In this document: positions 1 through 8,808 of the stretch, piece by piece | Numbering within the stretch: the first letter of the stretch is position 1 | Layout of the letters: each line of letters begins with the position of its first letter | Source of the DNA: an uncultured bacterium | GTDB taxonomy: Bacteria > Patescibacteriota > Minisyncoccia > UBA6257 > 2-01-FULL-56-20 | Length of the DNA: 64,000 nucleotides | Assembly (NCBI GenBank): GCA_963719425.1 | Contig: OY970382.1 | Span: 385,246 to 449,245, forward strand | Direction: 5' to 3' | Made by a program: the position numbers and the translations under genes | The notes under the pieces: model-generated | Told to the model about the DNA's origin: nothing | Databases searched by the model: none | What the model saw: only the letters and a program-made list of their open reading frames with translations

Positions 1-3000
1 TTGTTGAAATGGGCGCCGGAAGGGTGAAACCGCTCAAGGTAACAGCCGTGCTGCTCAGAGAATAGCCCGTGCCAAAGGTAAAGCCCGATGACGTTGCATA
101 CTGCTGAGAGCTCGTCGCGAGCGTAGTCGTCGGAATGCCGCCCGTGAGGGATGCGAGCGCGGATAATTGGATCGTGGTTGAGCAGTTGCCCGCATTCTGA
201 ACCGTTGTCGTGAAATTTGTCGGACTTGTTTGCGGCGGCGCCAAGGTTCCGTAGTTGATGCTCATTGGCGTGACATTGATCGCATTGAGTATACCCATAT
301 TCACGGGGCTTGAGGTGGCGGTCGCCGTAGTATTCGCGGAATCCGCAACCGTTATCACGCCTGTCCACGAGTCCAACGGGTAACTTGACAAAGTGATGCC
401 AGCGGAATCGGCAAAGTACCAGACATTCGCGGTGCACGTCACGGTCGTTGTGCCGTTGCTGAACACACAGCTTGAGCTTGCGATCTGATAGCAATTCTTG
501 TTGTTTGCGACGCAGTTTGGTCCGAGGGAGGTGCGATAAATGGTTGACGTCGCGAACGCTATCGGATTGCCCCCTGCCATCGTTGAGGCGATAACGGAAA
601 TGGGAAGCGTCCCGCCCGGCGAGAGCGTGATGGTCGTACTGCCGTTGGCAAGAAGGGCACTGAAAATCCGAGGGGGCCGGGTCCCGTACGTGACGATCTC
701 GGGATAAGCGACGTACGCATAGAGCGGCGTACTGCTCGCAAAAACAGCTTCAAAACAATAATCGGTGCCTTGGGGAGAACCATTGTCCACAAGCGAGAAA
801 TCCCAATTGCCGTCTTGTCCCGCGTAGATGGTCGAAGTGGGCGTAAAATTATTTGACGATTGATAGGTTTCTTCCACAACCGTGCGTCCCCCATCCACAG
901 GATCGGTTGAGGTCGCCGCAAGCGCCGTTCCATTGGGAACGTTAGAATTCGTATAAAACGCGATTGACGTTGCACTGGTGATGGCAGTGTAACTGGCTGG
1001 CGGTACGGCGCTGCAATTGGCATAGCCACTTTCATTTGCAAATTCAAGCGCGAATGAATCCGCGCCGGCGATCGAATTCGTCGCGTCAACCGCAAGGAGC
1101 ATGCGCAAGCGGAACTGCTCGCCTGTAGAAATAAGCGTCGTCGAGGCGTTCGCCACCGCGAGCGTGGGACCGACCTGCGCGGAATTTTGATTGGCAAACC
1201 ATTGGTACGCCGCTTGAGTATACGCGGTGGGCGACGAGCTGGTGGCGAACGACCAGTTGCTGTTATTGCCACAATCCCTGTTCGTGATATTCTGGGCACT
1301 GATAGCAGCGGGACCGCTGGAAGCATTGGAACGGCTCACGTTCACATAGGCAAGCGGCGTCTGGTTTCCCGAAACGTTGAGGAGCCACTGACCGGAACTG
1401 ACGGAATTTCGGAAATAAATAGGATGGCCGGACGGCCCGACCCAATTGGTATTCGTGAAGGTATAGGTGGAACCATTGCTGTATTGAACCCCGACGCCCC
1501 CCGTCGTAACGGTGTAATTGTTGGTGACGGTGGCGCTCGCGGAAAACACTACGCTTGGCGTAAAACTGGTGATCTCACAATCCGATGGAACGGTGCCGGT
1601 ACTGTTCGTGATGACAAGGTTATAGAAAGCGGACGTTCCCGTCATCGTGCCTGAGAGTGTTTGTTGTGGACTGGTTCCACTGAGCGTGGTTGTGCCGTTG
1701 CGCGCGGTAAAGATACCATTGTTCGTAAAATTACCGTTTAAGGTCAGTGCGTAATTATTGGTGCTCACGTCAAACGTGCCGCCATTCGTAAAACTGCCGT
1801 TCACGGTAAGCGGCGCGCCGAGCGTCCACGAGACAGCGCCGATGGTCAAAGCGCCGAGGATGGGCGAGGTCGGCGCGCAGGTCACCGTGCCGCTGCCGCC
1901 CAAGGTGAGGTTGTAGTATTGGGTGACTTGGCAGGTCTGTCCTGCGCCGTTGTAGTTCATGGTGCTGCCGGTGGAGACCGCATTAAGGGTGCCGATGGCC
2001 AAAGTGCCTGCCGCGTTAAGAAGAGAATTGTTTCCCTGCGTCCAGCTTCCGCTGCCGGTAAAGTTCCCTGTTATGGTGGTCGTGCCATTGTTGGTAACGG
2101 CTCCGGGTGAATTTATAGTTACGATAGTAGCGGTAATCGTGCCGTTGTTCGTCACCGTGCCGGTATTGCTCCATGTGCCAATCGCAGTGACCGTGCCGTT
2201 GTTCGTTACGGTCCCAGTACCAGTCAAGGTGCCGCTCACGGCAAGCGAGCTGCTGTTTGTCACGGCGCCGGGACTCGTCACGGTGAGGTTCGCGATCGCA
2301 ATCGCGTTTGTGCCGCTCATAACCGCCGTACCGCTCGATACGGTGTCCGTTCCGGTGATCGCCACCGTGCCGCCGTTGTTCGTAATGCCGGCGGGCGTAA
2401 CGATGAGGGTGCTCGTTCCATTCAAAGTACCACCACTCAAAGTCACAAGCCCTGTGAGCGTTGTCGTGGCAGCGCCGTTCAAGGTGAGCGTCCCCGCCGA
2501 GATGGTTGTCGTAGTATTCACGGTGAACGGAAACGCGCCGGTCGTAACTGTGCCGCCAGAGCCGGAAACCGTGAAACCCCCTGTCACGGTCATCGACGTA
2601 CTCATCGTCCAGGTGCTGGTCCCGCCATAGACGAGGTTCCCGAGGATGGGCGAGATCGGCGCGCAGGTCACCGCCCCGCTGCCGCCGAAGGTGAGGTTGT
2701 AGTATTGGGTCGCCTTGCAGGTCACAGCCGCGCCGTTGTAGTTCACGGTGTTGCCGCTCGCGGTCGCGGTGAGCGTCGTGATGCTTGGAGAGCCGCCGGC
2801 GTAGTTGAGCGTGGCATTCGTGCCGTTCGTAAAGGTCCCGACACCGCTCATCACCACGTTCGTCGTGCTGCCGGAGAGCGTCGTCGTAGCGTTGTTGGTG
2901 AAGGTTCCCGCGATGGCGAAGGAACTCGCGGTGGTGGCGCTGTCGGTGAACGCGCCGCTGTTGACGAAGACGCCACTGTCCGTGAAAGCCCCCGTCATCG

Positions 3001-4990
3001 TGACGGTCCCGTTGTTGGTCGTCGTAGTGCTCGCAGGAACGGTGAAGGTGGTCGCGGTCAGGGTGCTGGTGCTTGTGAGCGTCAGCGTCGTGCCGCTCGT
3101 CAAGGTCGCAGTCGTGATGCTCGATGTTCCGCTCAGGGTCTGGTTGCCCGTGAAGGTCGCCGTGCCGGTGATCGTGACGGCACCGCTACCCGATTGGGTA
3201 AGACCGCCTTGAAAAATAATAAGGGTACTGTTGCCAGAGAGAGTCCCCCCGCTCACCGTCACGAGCCCTACAAGCGTTTTGTTGCCGGTGCTGCTGTTGA
3301 GCACAAGTCCGCCGGAGGAAATCGACGTGATGCTCGATGCGGTGAAGGCGTATCCCGCGGTGGTGAGGGTTCCGCCGGAGATCGTTACCGTGCCGGCGAC
3401 CGTCGTCGCCGCGCCGAGCGTCCACGTGGCGGTGCCCGTGACGACGAGGTTCCCGAGGATGGGCGAGGTGAACGAGGTACAGGTCTTTGTGCCGCTGCCG
3501 CCGAAGGTGAGGTTGTAGTATTGGGTCGCAATGCAAGTCTGTGTGCTCGCGCGATCATACGTCACGGTATTATTGTTCGTGTGTGCATCAAAAATCCCCG
3601 TCCCGCTGGTTGCAATGGCTACGCTAAATTCAAGGCCAGACCCTGCGCCCTGGGTCCAGTTCCCCGTCAAGGTGAGCGTGGCACCGGTTGAAGAAACGTT
3701 GGCATTATTTGTCAGTGTGATGCCTGCGGTACCGACTGTCATTAACCCCAAAGTCATCCTGCCGTTCAAGGCCTGACTGTTAGTGCCGAAGGTCGCCGTG
3801 CCGGTGATCGTGACGGCACCGCTACCCGATTGGGTAAGACCGCCTTGAAAAATAATAAGGGTACTGTTGCCAGAGAGAGTCCCCCCGCTCACCGTCACGA
3901 GCCCTACAAGCGTTTTGTTGCCGGTGCTGCTGTTGAGCACAAGTCCGCCGGAGGAAATCGACGTGATGCTCGATGCGGTGAAGGCGTATCCCGCGGTGGT
4001 GAGGGTTCCGCCGGAGATCGTTACCGTGCCGGCGACCGTCGTCGCCGCGCCGAGCGTCCACGTGGCGGTGCCCGTGACGACGAGGTTCCCGAGGATGGGC
4101 GAGGTGAACGAGGTACAGGTCTTTGTGCCGCTGCCGCCGAAGGTGAGGTTGTAGTATTGGGTCGCAATGCAGGTCACAGCCGCGCCGTTGTAGTTCACGG
4201 TGTTGCCGCTCGCGGTCGCGGTGAGCGTCGTGATGCTTGGAGAGCCGCCGGCGTAGTTGAGCGTGGCATTCGTGCCGTTCGTAAAGGTCCCGACACCGCT
4301 CATCACCACGTTCGTCGTGCTGCCGGAGAGCGTCGTCGTAGCGTTGTTGGTGAAGGTTCCCGCGATGGCGAAGGAACTCGCGGTGGTGGCGCTGTCGGTG
4401 AACGCGCCGCTGTTGACGAAGACGCCACTGTCCGTGAAAATCGCGTTCATCGCGATAGTTCCGTTATTTGTCGTCGTCGCGCTCGCGGAAATAGTGATCG
4501 CGCCCGCGAAAGAAAGGCTTGCGCTGGAAGAAACGGTTTTATTGCCCGTCAAAGTGGTGAGTCCCGTATATGACGGCGTTCCGGTTCCATCAATCCATGC
4601 ACCGGCTCCGCTTAACGTTACCGCACCCGTGCCGGAGAGCGTTCCATTGATGGTAAAGCCGTTCGGCGCCGTGCCCGTTCCCGCGTCGGTGAGCGTATAC
4701 GACGAAAGGGCCAACCTCCCGCCACTATCGATGACCACCCCCGCAACCTGCGTAGCCGCCACCAAGGTTGTCGTCACGCCACTCAGAATTTCAATGGTAT
4801 CAGTGGTCGCCGGCGTCGTGCCGCCGCAGTTCGTCCAGTCGGCCGCAACGTTAAAGTTATAGCTGCCAGCCGTGCTCGTGGTTACGCAATTATTGGCATG
4901 GGCCGTTTTGGTTCCGATCATCAAACAACCGAAAAAAAATAAAACGGAGGCTAATATGAAAAACGTTTTCCGAAAAAGACGCTCCCTCAT
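1..4990 (-). CDS. Giant secreted repetitive surface protein, partial: N-terminus and start inside the window, C-terminus runs off at position 1. Signal peptide MRERLFRKTFFILASVLFFFGCLMIGTKTAHA, followed by Thr/Gly/Asn/Ser-rich beta-helix-like repeats with a recurring module motif CIATQYYNLTFGGSGTKTC...PILGNL.
   Basis: Minus-strand ATG at 4990-4988 overlaps the upstream gene stop (ATGA overlap at 4987-4990). The ORF is absent from the track because it has no stop inside the window. Plus-strand V/P/T-rich track ORFs such as 1959..2630 and 4257..4862 are antisense shadows of this repeat gene. Module motif recurs at ~1855, 2640, 3455 and 4090. Confidence 0.65.
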   Translation of the reverse strand, partial: MRERLFRKTFFILASVLFFFGCLMIGTKTAHANNCVTTSTAGSYNFNVAADWTNCGGTTPATTDTIEILSGVTTTLVAATQVAGVVIDSGGRLALSSYTLTDAGTGTAPNGFTINGTLSGTGAVTLSGAGAWIDGTGTPSYTGLTTLTGNKTVSSSASLSFAGAITISASATTTNNGTIAMNAIFTDSGVFVNSGAFTDSATTASSFAIAGTFTNNATTTLSGSTTNVVMSGVGTFTNGTNATLNYAGGSPSITTLTATASGNTVNYNGAAVTCIATQYYNLTFGGSGTKTCTSFTSPILGNLVVTGTATWTLGAATTVAGTVTISGGTLTTAGYAFTASSITSISSGGLVLNSSTGNKTLVGLVTVSGGTLSGNSTLIIFQGGLTQSGSGAVTITGTATFGTNSQALNGRMTLGLMTVGTAGITLTNNANVSSTGATLTLTGNWTQGAGSGLEFSVAIATSGTGIFDAHTNNNTVTYDRASTQTCIATQYYNLTFGGSGTKTCTSFTSPILGNLVVTGTATWTLGAATTVAGTVTISGGTLTTAGYAFTASSITSISSGGLVLNSSTGNKTLVGLVTVSGGTLSGNSTLIIFQGGLTQSGSGAVTITGTATFTGNQTLSGTSSITTATLTSGTTLTLTSTSTLTATTFTVPASTTTTNNGTVTMTGAFTDSGVFVNSGAFTDSATTASSFAIAGTFTNNATTTLSGSTTNVVMSGVGTFTNGTNATLNYAGGSPSITTLTATASGNTVNYNGAAVTCKATQYYNLTFGGSGAVTCAPISPILGNLVYGGTSTWTMSTSMTVTGGFTVSGSGGTVTTGAFPFTVNTTTTISAGTLTLNGAATTTLTGLVTLSGGTLNGTSTLIVTPAGITNNGGTVAITGTDTVSSGTAVMSGTNAIAIANLTVTSPGAVTNSSSLAVSGTLTGTGTVTNNGTVTAIGTWSNTGTVTNNGTITATIVTINSPGAVTNNGTTTITGNFTGSGSWTQGNNSLLNAAGTLAIGTLNAVSTGSTMNYNGAGQTCQVTQYYNLTLGGSGTVTCAPTSPILGALTIGAVSWTLGAPLTVNGSFTNGGTFDVSTNNYALTLNGNFTNNGIFTARNGTTTLSGTSPQQTLSGTMTGTSAFYNLVITNSTGTVPSDCEITSFTPSVVFSASATVTNNYTVTTGGVGVQYSNGSTYTFTNTNWVGPSGHPIYFRNSVSSGQWLLNVSGNQTPLAYVNVSRSNASSGPAAISAQNITNRDCGNNSNWSFATSSSPTAYTQAAYQWFANQNSAQVGPTLAVANASTTLISTGEQFRLRMLLAVDATNSIAGADSFALEFANESGYANCSAVPPASYTAITSATSIAFYTNSNVPNGTALAATSTDPVDGGRTVVEETYQSSNNFTPTSTIYAGQDGNWDFSLVDNGSPQGTDYCFEAVFASSTPLYAYVAYPEIVTYGTRPPRIFSALLANGSTTITLSPGGTLPISVIASTMAGGNPIAFATSTIYRTSLGPNCVANNKNCYQIASSSCVFSNGTTTVTCTANVWYFADSAGITLSSYPLDSWTGVITVADSANTTATATSSPVNMGILNAINVTPMSINYGTLAPPQTSPTNFTTTVQNAGNCSTTIQLSALASLTGGIPTTTLATSSQQYATSSGFTFGTGYSLSSTAVTLSGFTLPAPIST
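2716..2987 (-). repeat. Intragenic direct repeat R1. It appears identical to 4168..4439 (offset 1452 bp), inside the giant gene.
   Basis: Track ORFs from both copies give identical translations in several frames (2705..3691 vs 3830..4573; 2805..3212 vs 4257..4862 share the first 61 aa). Boundary bases were aligned by eye. Confidence 0.7.
3152..3535 (-). repeat. Intragenic direct repeat R2. It appears identical to 3788..4171 (offset 636 bp), inside the giant gene.
   Basis: Track ORFs 3231..3518 and 3867..4154 are 95/95 aa identical. Track ORFs 3186..3536(-) and 3822..4061(-) share an identical C-terminal 79 aa. Repeat ends were located by eye. Confidence 0.7.
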
Positions 4991-6684
4991 CGAACAATGA
5001 TGTTTAATTGGCAAAAATTCGAGATCACGTTTCCGTCGGCTTCATGCTCGTGGTAGATCACGGAAATATTGAAGGAGCCGTGCTGGGCGTCCGCCGCTGC
5101 CCGAAAGGTGAGTGACGAGGTCGCCGCGATGGGACCGGTCGGACTGCCTACCAAAACGACAACGCCATGGGGAAGATATCCCGTGGAAAGATCGTATGAT
5201 ATGCCATTAATAGAGGGATGAAGCACGGCGATAAACTGCGCGGTCCCGCCGAGGGGTAATTCCTGCGAAAAGGGCTCTATTTCGCAGGTTTGCTGGGCAC
5301 CGGGATTCACAAGCGTGATTCGGACCGGTGGCGCGGTGGAAGAGACCTCTTCATCCGTCGAACTTGGCGTGACCGGCGTTTCGGCCACTGATGGCAGTTC
5401 ATAATGCACCTCCACAAGCATCCCGTCTAAATAGACCGGCGGCAAAGGATCCTGCGTCGTCGGGATCCCTTGGACCCTTATCTGAAGGTTCTGAAGATCG
5501 GTCCAGTGCGATATCGGGAGCGTGACCGTGAACTCTTGCCAATTATCCACATTGACCTCGCCGATACTGACCCATGTTTGCCCGTCGGTGCTGTAGCTCA
5601 CGTCCAAAAAATTCTCGTCGGGGGTTGCCGGTGGGGCGGTCGCGGCCGTGGCTGTCGTACTCGTTGAGGCGATCGTCTCTTCCGATGAAGTTGACGCGGA
5701 TGACGTGGGTGTTGAAGTCTCGGATAAAAGGTTCGCGATCAATGGCTCACCTAATATCACCGTTTGAGAGGCATCGTCATCCGCGCGCGCGGCAGGAACA
5801 GCCCATGAAAAGAATTCCGGGGGCGAAATAAAAGAAGTTGTTGAATCGTTTGTATCATTCGTTGGTGCAGGCGGCGGAAGCGGCGGCGAAGGTGGCGGGG
5901 GCGTCACGACCGGAGGCGTTTCCATGTTGCCAGAAGATGAATTATCAACCGGTGCGGCATCGGAAGACGTTCCACTGGCCTCTGTGTCCGGAACAACAAT
6001 AGGAGCAGTGTCTGTTGGCACGACGGATGTCGCCGTGGTAATTGATGTGGTCGGAACGGTGGTCGTGGGCTCCCCTTCTTCTATGTTCTCCATTGAGGAA
6101 GCCGATGTGGCGCTACTCGAAGTTGAACTCGTGAAGTCCGGCGACGAAGTTCCATTCGCTTCATCCGACGGTGCCGCCGCGGCGGTGCTGGTCGTGGTCG
6201 TGGCGGTGACGGTCGTGGCGGAAGCGGTTTCGTCACCTATCTGCCACATGAACGTGAGGCCGACGTTCGTGATGTTGCTGGAGGTTGGAATATCGCCGCT
6301 CAAAAACCCACCGCAAAAGATCTGCGTGTCCGAGCCGTTGCTCAACGCGGAATTTTCCGCAGAGAACGGAGTGCCCGTGGCCATCGTTTCGGGCCGCCCT
6401 TGGGCGTTTGCGGGATTTTGCCAATCACCAAGACAGATGGATGGATAGAAATCTTGCACATCGGCGCGGAGCGAAAGGAGGCGAACACCAAAAAAAACAG
6501 CGACGACGAGCGCTAAACAACCGAGTATCCAAACCCAAGGGTGCCGCACCCGGAAGTTCGGCCTGAGATTAAGCGCGTTCTTTCCGTAGAGGATGTGCTT
6601 AAGGATGTTTTTTGAAGACGGGCGTGATGCCTTATGTACATCAAAAACTTTCTTCTCTTTACTGTCTTTTCTCGAGGAGGTCAT
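4987..6684 (-). CDS. Membrane-anchored Ser/Thr/Pro-rich low-complexity protein (565 aa), hypothetical. Co-oriented with and translationally coupled to the downstream giant gene.
   Basis: Complete ORF with an N-terminal TM segment (WVWILGCLALVVAVFFGV) and long poly-S/T/P linker. Its stop overlaps the start of the giant gene. Confidence 0.6.
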   Translation of the reverse strand: MTSSRKDSKEKKVFDVHKASRPSSKNILKHILYGKNALNLRPNFRVRHPWVWILGCLALVVAVFFGVRLLSLRADVQDFYPSICLGDWQNPANAQGRPETMATGTPFSAENSALSNGSDTQIFCGGFLSGDIPTSSNITNVGLTFMWQIGDETASATTVTATTTTSTAAAAPSDEANGTSSPDFTSSTSSSATSASSMENIEEGEPTTTVPTTSITTATSVVPTDTAPIVVPDTEASGTSSDAAPVDNSSSGNMETPPVVTPPPPSPPLPPPAPTNDTNDSTTSFISPPEFFSWAVPAARADDDASQTVILGEPLIANLLSETSTPTSSASTSSEETIASTSTTATAATAPPATPDENFLDVSYSTDGQTWVSIGEVNVDNWQEFTVTLPISHWTDLQNLQIRVQGIPTTQDPLPPVYLDGMLVEVHYELPSVAETPVTPSSTDEEVSSTAPPVRITLVNPGAQQTCEIEPFSQELPLGGTAQFIAVLHPSINGISYDLSTGYLPHGVVVLVGSPTGPIAATSSLTFRAAADAQHGSFNISVIYHEHEADGNVISNFCQLNIIVR

Positions 6685-6698
6685 TCCTCTCTATTTTA

Positions 6699-6739
6699 CC
6701 ATCAAAAACAGAAAATCCGCAGAAAAACTGTGGATTTTC
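6699..6739 (-). terminator. Rho-independent terminator downstream of sodA.
   Basis: Hairpin GAAAAUCCACAG-uuuuu-CUGCGGAUUUUC read on the minus strand, immediately after the sodA stop and followed by a UGUUUUUGAU run. Confidence 0.5.
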
Positions 6740-7347
6740 TAGAGATGCTTCTCTACCTCGCTCCAATTCACGACATTCCACCAGGCAGTGATATAATCCG
6801 GGCGCCTATTCTGGTATTTCAGATAGTACGCGTGCTCCCAAACATCCAATCCGAGCACCGGTTCCTGCCCTTTCGTGAGCGGGCTATCCTGGTTCGGCGT
6901 TGTAGCGACGATCAGCTTGCCATTGGCATCGCGCACGAGCCATGCCCAGCCACTTCCGAAAACGCCCCCCGCCGCTTTCGTAAACTCCTCTTTGAATTTC
7001 AGGAATCCTCCGAACGTCCGTGCAATCGCATCCCCTATTTTTCCGCTCGGCTCGCCACCTCCGCCGTTGTTTGGTCCGGCCATGATCGTCCAGAAAAACG
7101 AGTGGTTCGCGTGTCCCCCGCCGTGATTGCGCACCGCGGTGCGGATGTCCTCCGGCACGGAATCCAGCAACCGCAAGAGTTCCGCAAGCGGTCTGTCGGC
7201 GATCTCCGGATACTTTTCAAGCGCGGCATTCAGATTGTTCACATACGCCTGATGATGCTTCGTAAGGTGGATCTCCATCGTCTTCGCATCAATATACGGT
7301 TCAAGCGCCTCATAGGCATACGGCAGTTCTGGCAGTTCGTATTTCAT
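6739..7347 (-). CDS. sodA: Fe/Mn superoxide dismutase.
   Basis: Motifs [25 protein letters not shown] and DVWEHAYYL over 202 aa. Confidence 0.93.
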   Translation of the reverse strand: MKYELPELPYAYEALEPYIDAKTMEIHLTKHHQAYVNNLNAALEKYPEIADRPLAELLRLLDSVPEDIRTAVRNHGGGHANHSFFWTIMAGPNNGGGGEPSGKIGDAIARTFGGFLKFKEEFTKAAGGVFGSGWAWLVRDANGKLIVATTPNQDSPLTKGQEPVLGLDVWEHAYYLKYQNRRPDYITAWWNVVNWSEVEKHL

Positions 7348-7419
7348 ATTATTTTTTATTAGTTAATTATATTTTCGCCCTTTATTATTCTTCAGATTTT
7401 TATTATACTCTGAATTGAT

Positions 7420-7490
7420 TGCGGGGTCGTCTAATGGTAGGACAGCGGCCTTTGGAGCCGTTTATCCTGGTCCGAATCCAGGCCCCGCAG
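7420..7490 (+). tRNA. tRNA-Gln, anticodon UUG.
   Basis: Cloverleaf folded by hand. Acceptor UGCGGGG/CCCCGCA with U1:A72, D-stem GUCU/GGAC, anticodon stem GCGGC/GCCGU with loop CUUUGGA (UUG at 34-36), T-arm CCUGG-UCCGAAU-CCAGG close to the E. coli tRNA-Gln T-arm (CCUGGUUCGAAUCCAGG, from memory). No encoded CCA. Confidence 0.85.
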
Positions 7491-7582
7491 CAGTCTAGTT
7501 TAGTTACGATGGACCAAGAGCCGTCGAAAACCGGACATCTCCGTCCCACCCACGTCATACCGGCTGAGCGCCGTATCCAGAG

Positions 7583-7614
7583 AAGAAAACCGCCGACTAC
7601 TCGGCGGTTTTCTT
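7583..7614. terminator. Bidirectional intrinsic terminator between the tRNA-Gln gene and the 3' end of the minus-strand islet genes.
   Basis: Perfect 11-bp hairpin AAAACCGCCGA-cuac-UCGGCGGUUUU, with an A-run on one side and a U-run on the other. Confidence 0.6.
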
Positions 7615-7623
7615 CGTTCTTGT

Positions 7624-8223
7624 CTAGTTTACCCTGTATGATATTTTTCCACGTTCGTCTGCGTCTGCTCTTATTAAAACAAATTCTAGGTTGCCATTCT
7701 CGATGGTTCGCTCTATTGAACTTTGAATTTTCTCATCGGCCCTACTTTTTGCACGCCTAGACATGAAAGATATTTTTTCGACATCGTCTTTGCTGGTCAT
7801 GCCATGGAAAACAACGAATTCGACCGGCGAAAATAATAACCTCGCGTCTTTTGGATAGATATTTAGTTTTAGGAAAGTCTTATCCATGCCTATTTTCTTT
7901 ATTTGACTCACGGCCTGTCTCCTGCCTTTAATTACTACCTTCCTTGTATAAATTGGCTCAACCTTTTCGTACTGCTCTTGTTTATCGCTTAAATCATTTT
8001 GTATATCATTAAAATCCCATCCCAATAATTTAACTCGATCCTTGTAAGAATCAAGTTTCTCTTGCTCTTCAATAATCTCACCTAATTCAGGCAATGTTAC
8101 CTTCTTCCCCATTATAAAAAGGGCGGCGGCGCTTAGTTGAAAGATCTTGTTACAGCACGGACATATGCCAAAAATATAATGCTGCTCTTTATAAAACAGA
8201 ACTAAAAATTTTGTGATGTCCAT
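7624..8223 (-). CDS. P2: 199-aa paralog of the adjacent gene. N-terminal CPCC motif, central charged coiled coil, and a C-terminal Hjc/PD-(D/E)xK-like core that looks degenerate (the catalytic E-x-K position reads MSRR).
   Basis: Lies within a ~37% GC islet. C-terminal alignment to P1: KDARLLFSPVEFVVFHGMTSKDDVEKISFM vs GDCRAILNPIDYISFGGLTKKGKVEKISFIE. Confidence 0.6.
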   Translation of the reverse strand: MDITKFLVLFYKEQHYIFGICPCCNKIFQLSAAALFIMGKKVTLPELGEIIEEQEKLDSYKDRVKLLGWDFNDIQNDLSDKQEQYEKVEPIYTRKVVIKGRRQAVSQIKKIGMDKTFLKLNIYPKDARLLFSPVEFVVFHGMTSKDDVEKISFMSRRAKSRADEKIQSSIERTIENGNLEFVLIRADADERGKISYRVN

Positions 8224-8224
8224 T

Positions 8225-8794
8225 TTAATAAGGTATTAAGTTGATAGTCGATTTCCCCTCTCCGGCTTCTTTGACTCTTTCTTTTACCTGGTGCTGAGTT
8301 CTACTTAGGGGCTGACTGCCTGTCTTAGCTTCAATAAATGAAATTTTTTCAACCTTCCCCTTTTTTGTTAGCCCACCAAAAGATATGTAATCAATTGGGT
8401 TTAATATGGCCCTACAATCCCCATTCTCAAATCTGAACTTGTTTGAGGCTGGTAAAATTTGGTCAAATATTTGACCGATATTTGTATACTTTGTAATAAC
8501 CTGAACCCTCTTGGGTCTTTCTATTTTGCGATGTTTTAATTTTTTTATTTTTTCTTTTATGTCTTCGATTTTTTTCAACCAAGTTTCTTCTTCTTTCTCT
8601 GTTTTTTTAAAAGCTTTTTTGATATTATCACGCTGCTGATCTAATTTATTTAAAACATATCCGGGGTATGGTTTTTTTCTGATATCAAAAAGGTGGGCGT
8701 TCTTCGCACCGAAAGCTCCTCCGCAGTGATTGCATTTAATAGTTAGGCCCTTAACACCCTCCAGTATTTTTATTATGTCGATTTCTTCGTTCAT
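8225..8794 (-). CDS. P1: 189-aa protein with an N-terminal CNHC zinc-knuckle-like motif, a Lys/Glu-rich coiled coil, and a C-terminal restriction-endonuclease-fold core resembling Hjc / Mrr / YraN (PID-x13-IEAK).
   Basis: Segment IDYISFGG-LTKKGKVEKISFIEAK is similar to the Hjc catalytic core VDLVAGNG-KKYLCIEVK (Hjc sequence recalled from memory). Low GC. Call made from motifs only. Confidence 0.55.
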   Translation of the reverse strand: MNEEIDIIKILEGVKGLTIKCNHCGGAFGAKNAHLFDIRKKPYPGYVLNKLDQQRDNIKKAFKKTEKEEETWLKKIEDIKEKIKKLKHRKIERPKRVQVITKYTNIGQIFDQILPASNKFRFENGDCRAILNPIDYISFGGLTKKGKVEKISFIEAKTGSQPLSRTQHQVKERVKEAGEGKSTINLIPY

Positions 8795-8808
8795 ATTGCT
8801 TTTTATTT

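Noticed and set aside
559-1654. ORFs 559..1326(-), 1187..1654(+), 1263..1445(-).
   Set aside because: Arg/Pro-rich off-frame readings within the giant gene body, with no start context.
1959-4862. Plus-strand V/P/T/L-rich ORFs (1959..2630, 2805..3212, 3231..3518, 3531..3776, 3867..4154, 4257..4862) and Arg/Gly-rich ones (2705..3691, 3830..4573).
   Set aside because: They are antisense or off-frame shadows of the minus-strand giant repeat gene. Their low-complexity composition mirrors the Thr/Gly/Asn repeat codons, and the true frame has a signal peptide and runs uninterrupted to the window edge.
7348-7419. AT-rich 70 bp between the sodA start and tRNA-Gln that could look like part of the low-GC islet.
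   Set aside because: It is too short, and it is the expected AT-rich promoter region for divergent sodA / tRNA transcription. The compositional islet proper starts after the terminator at ~7615.
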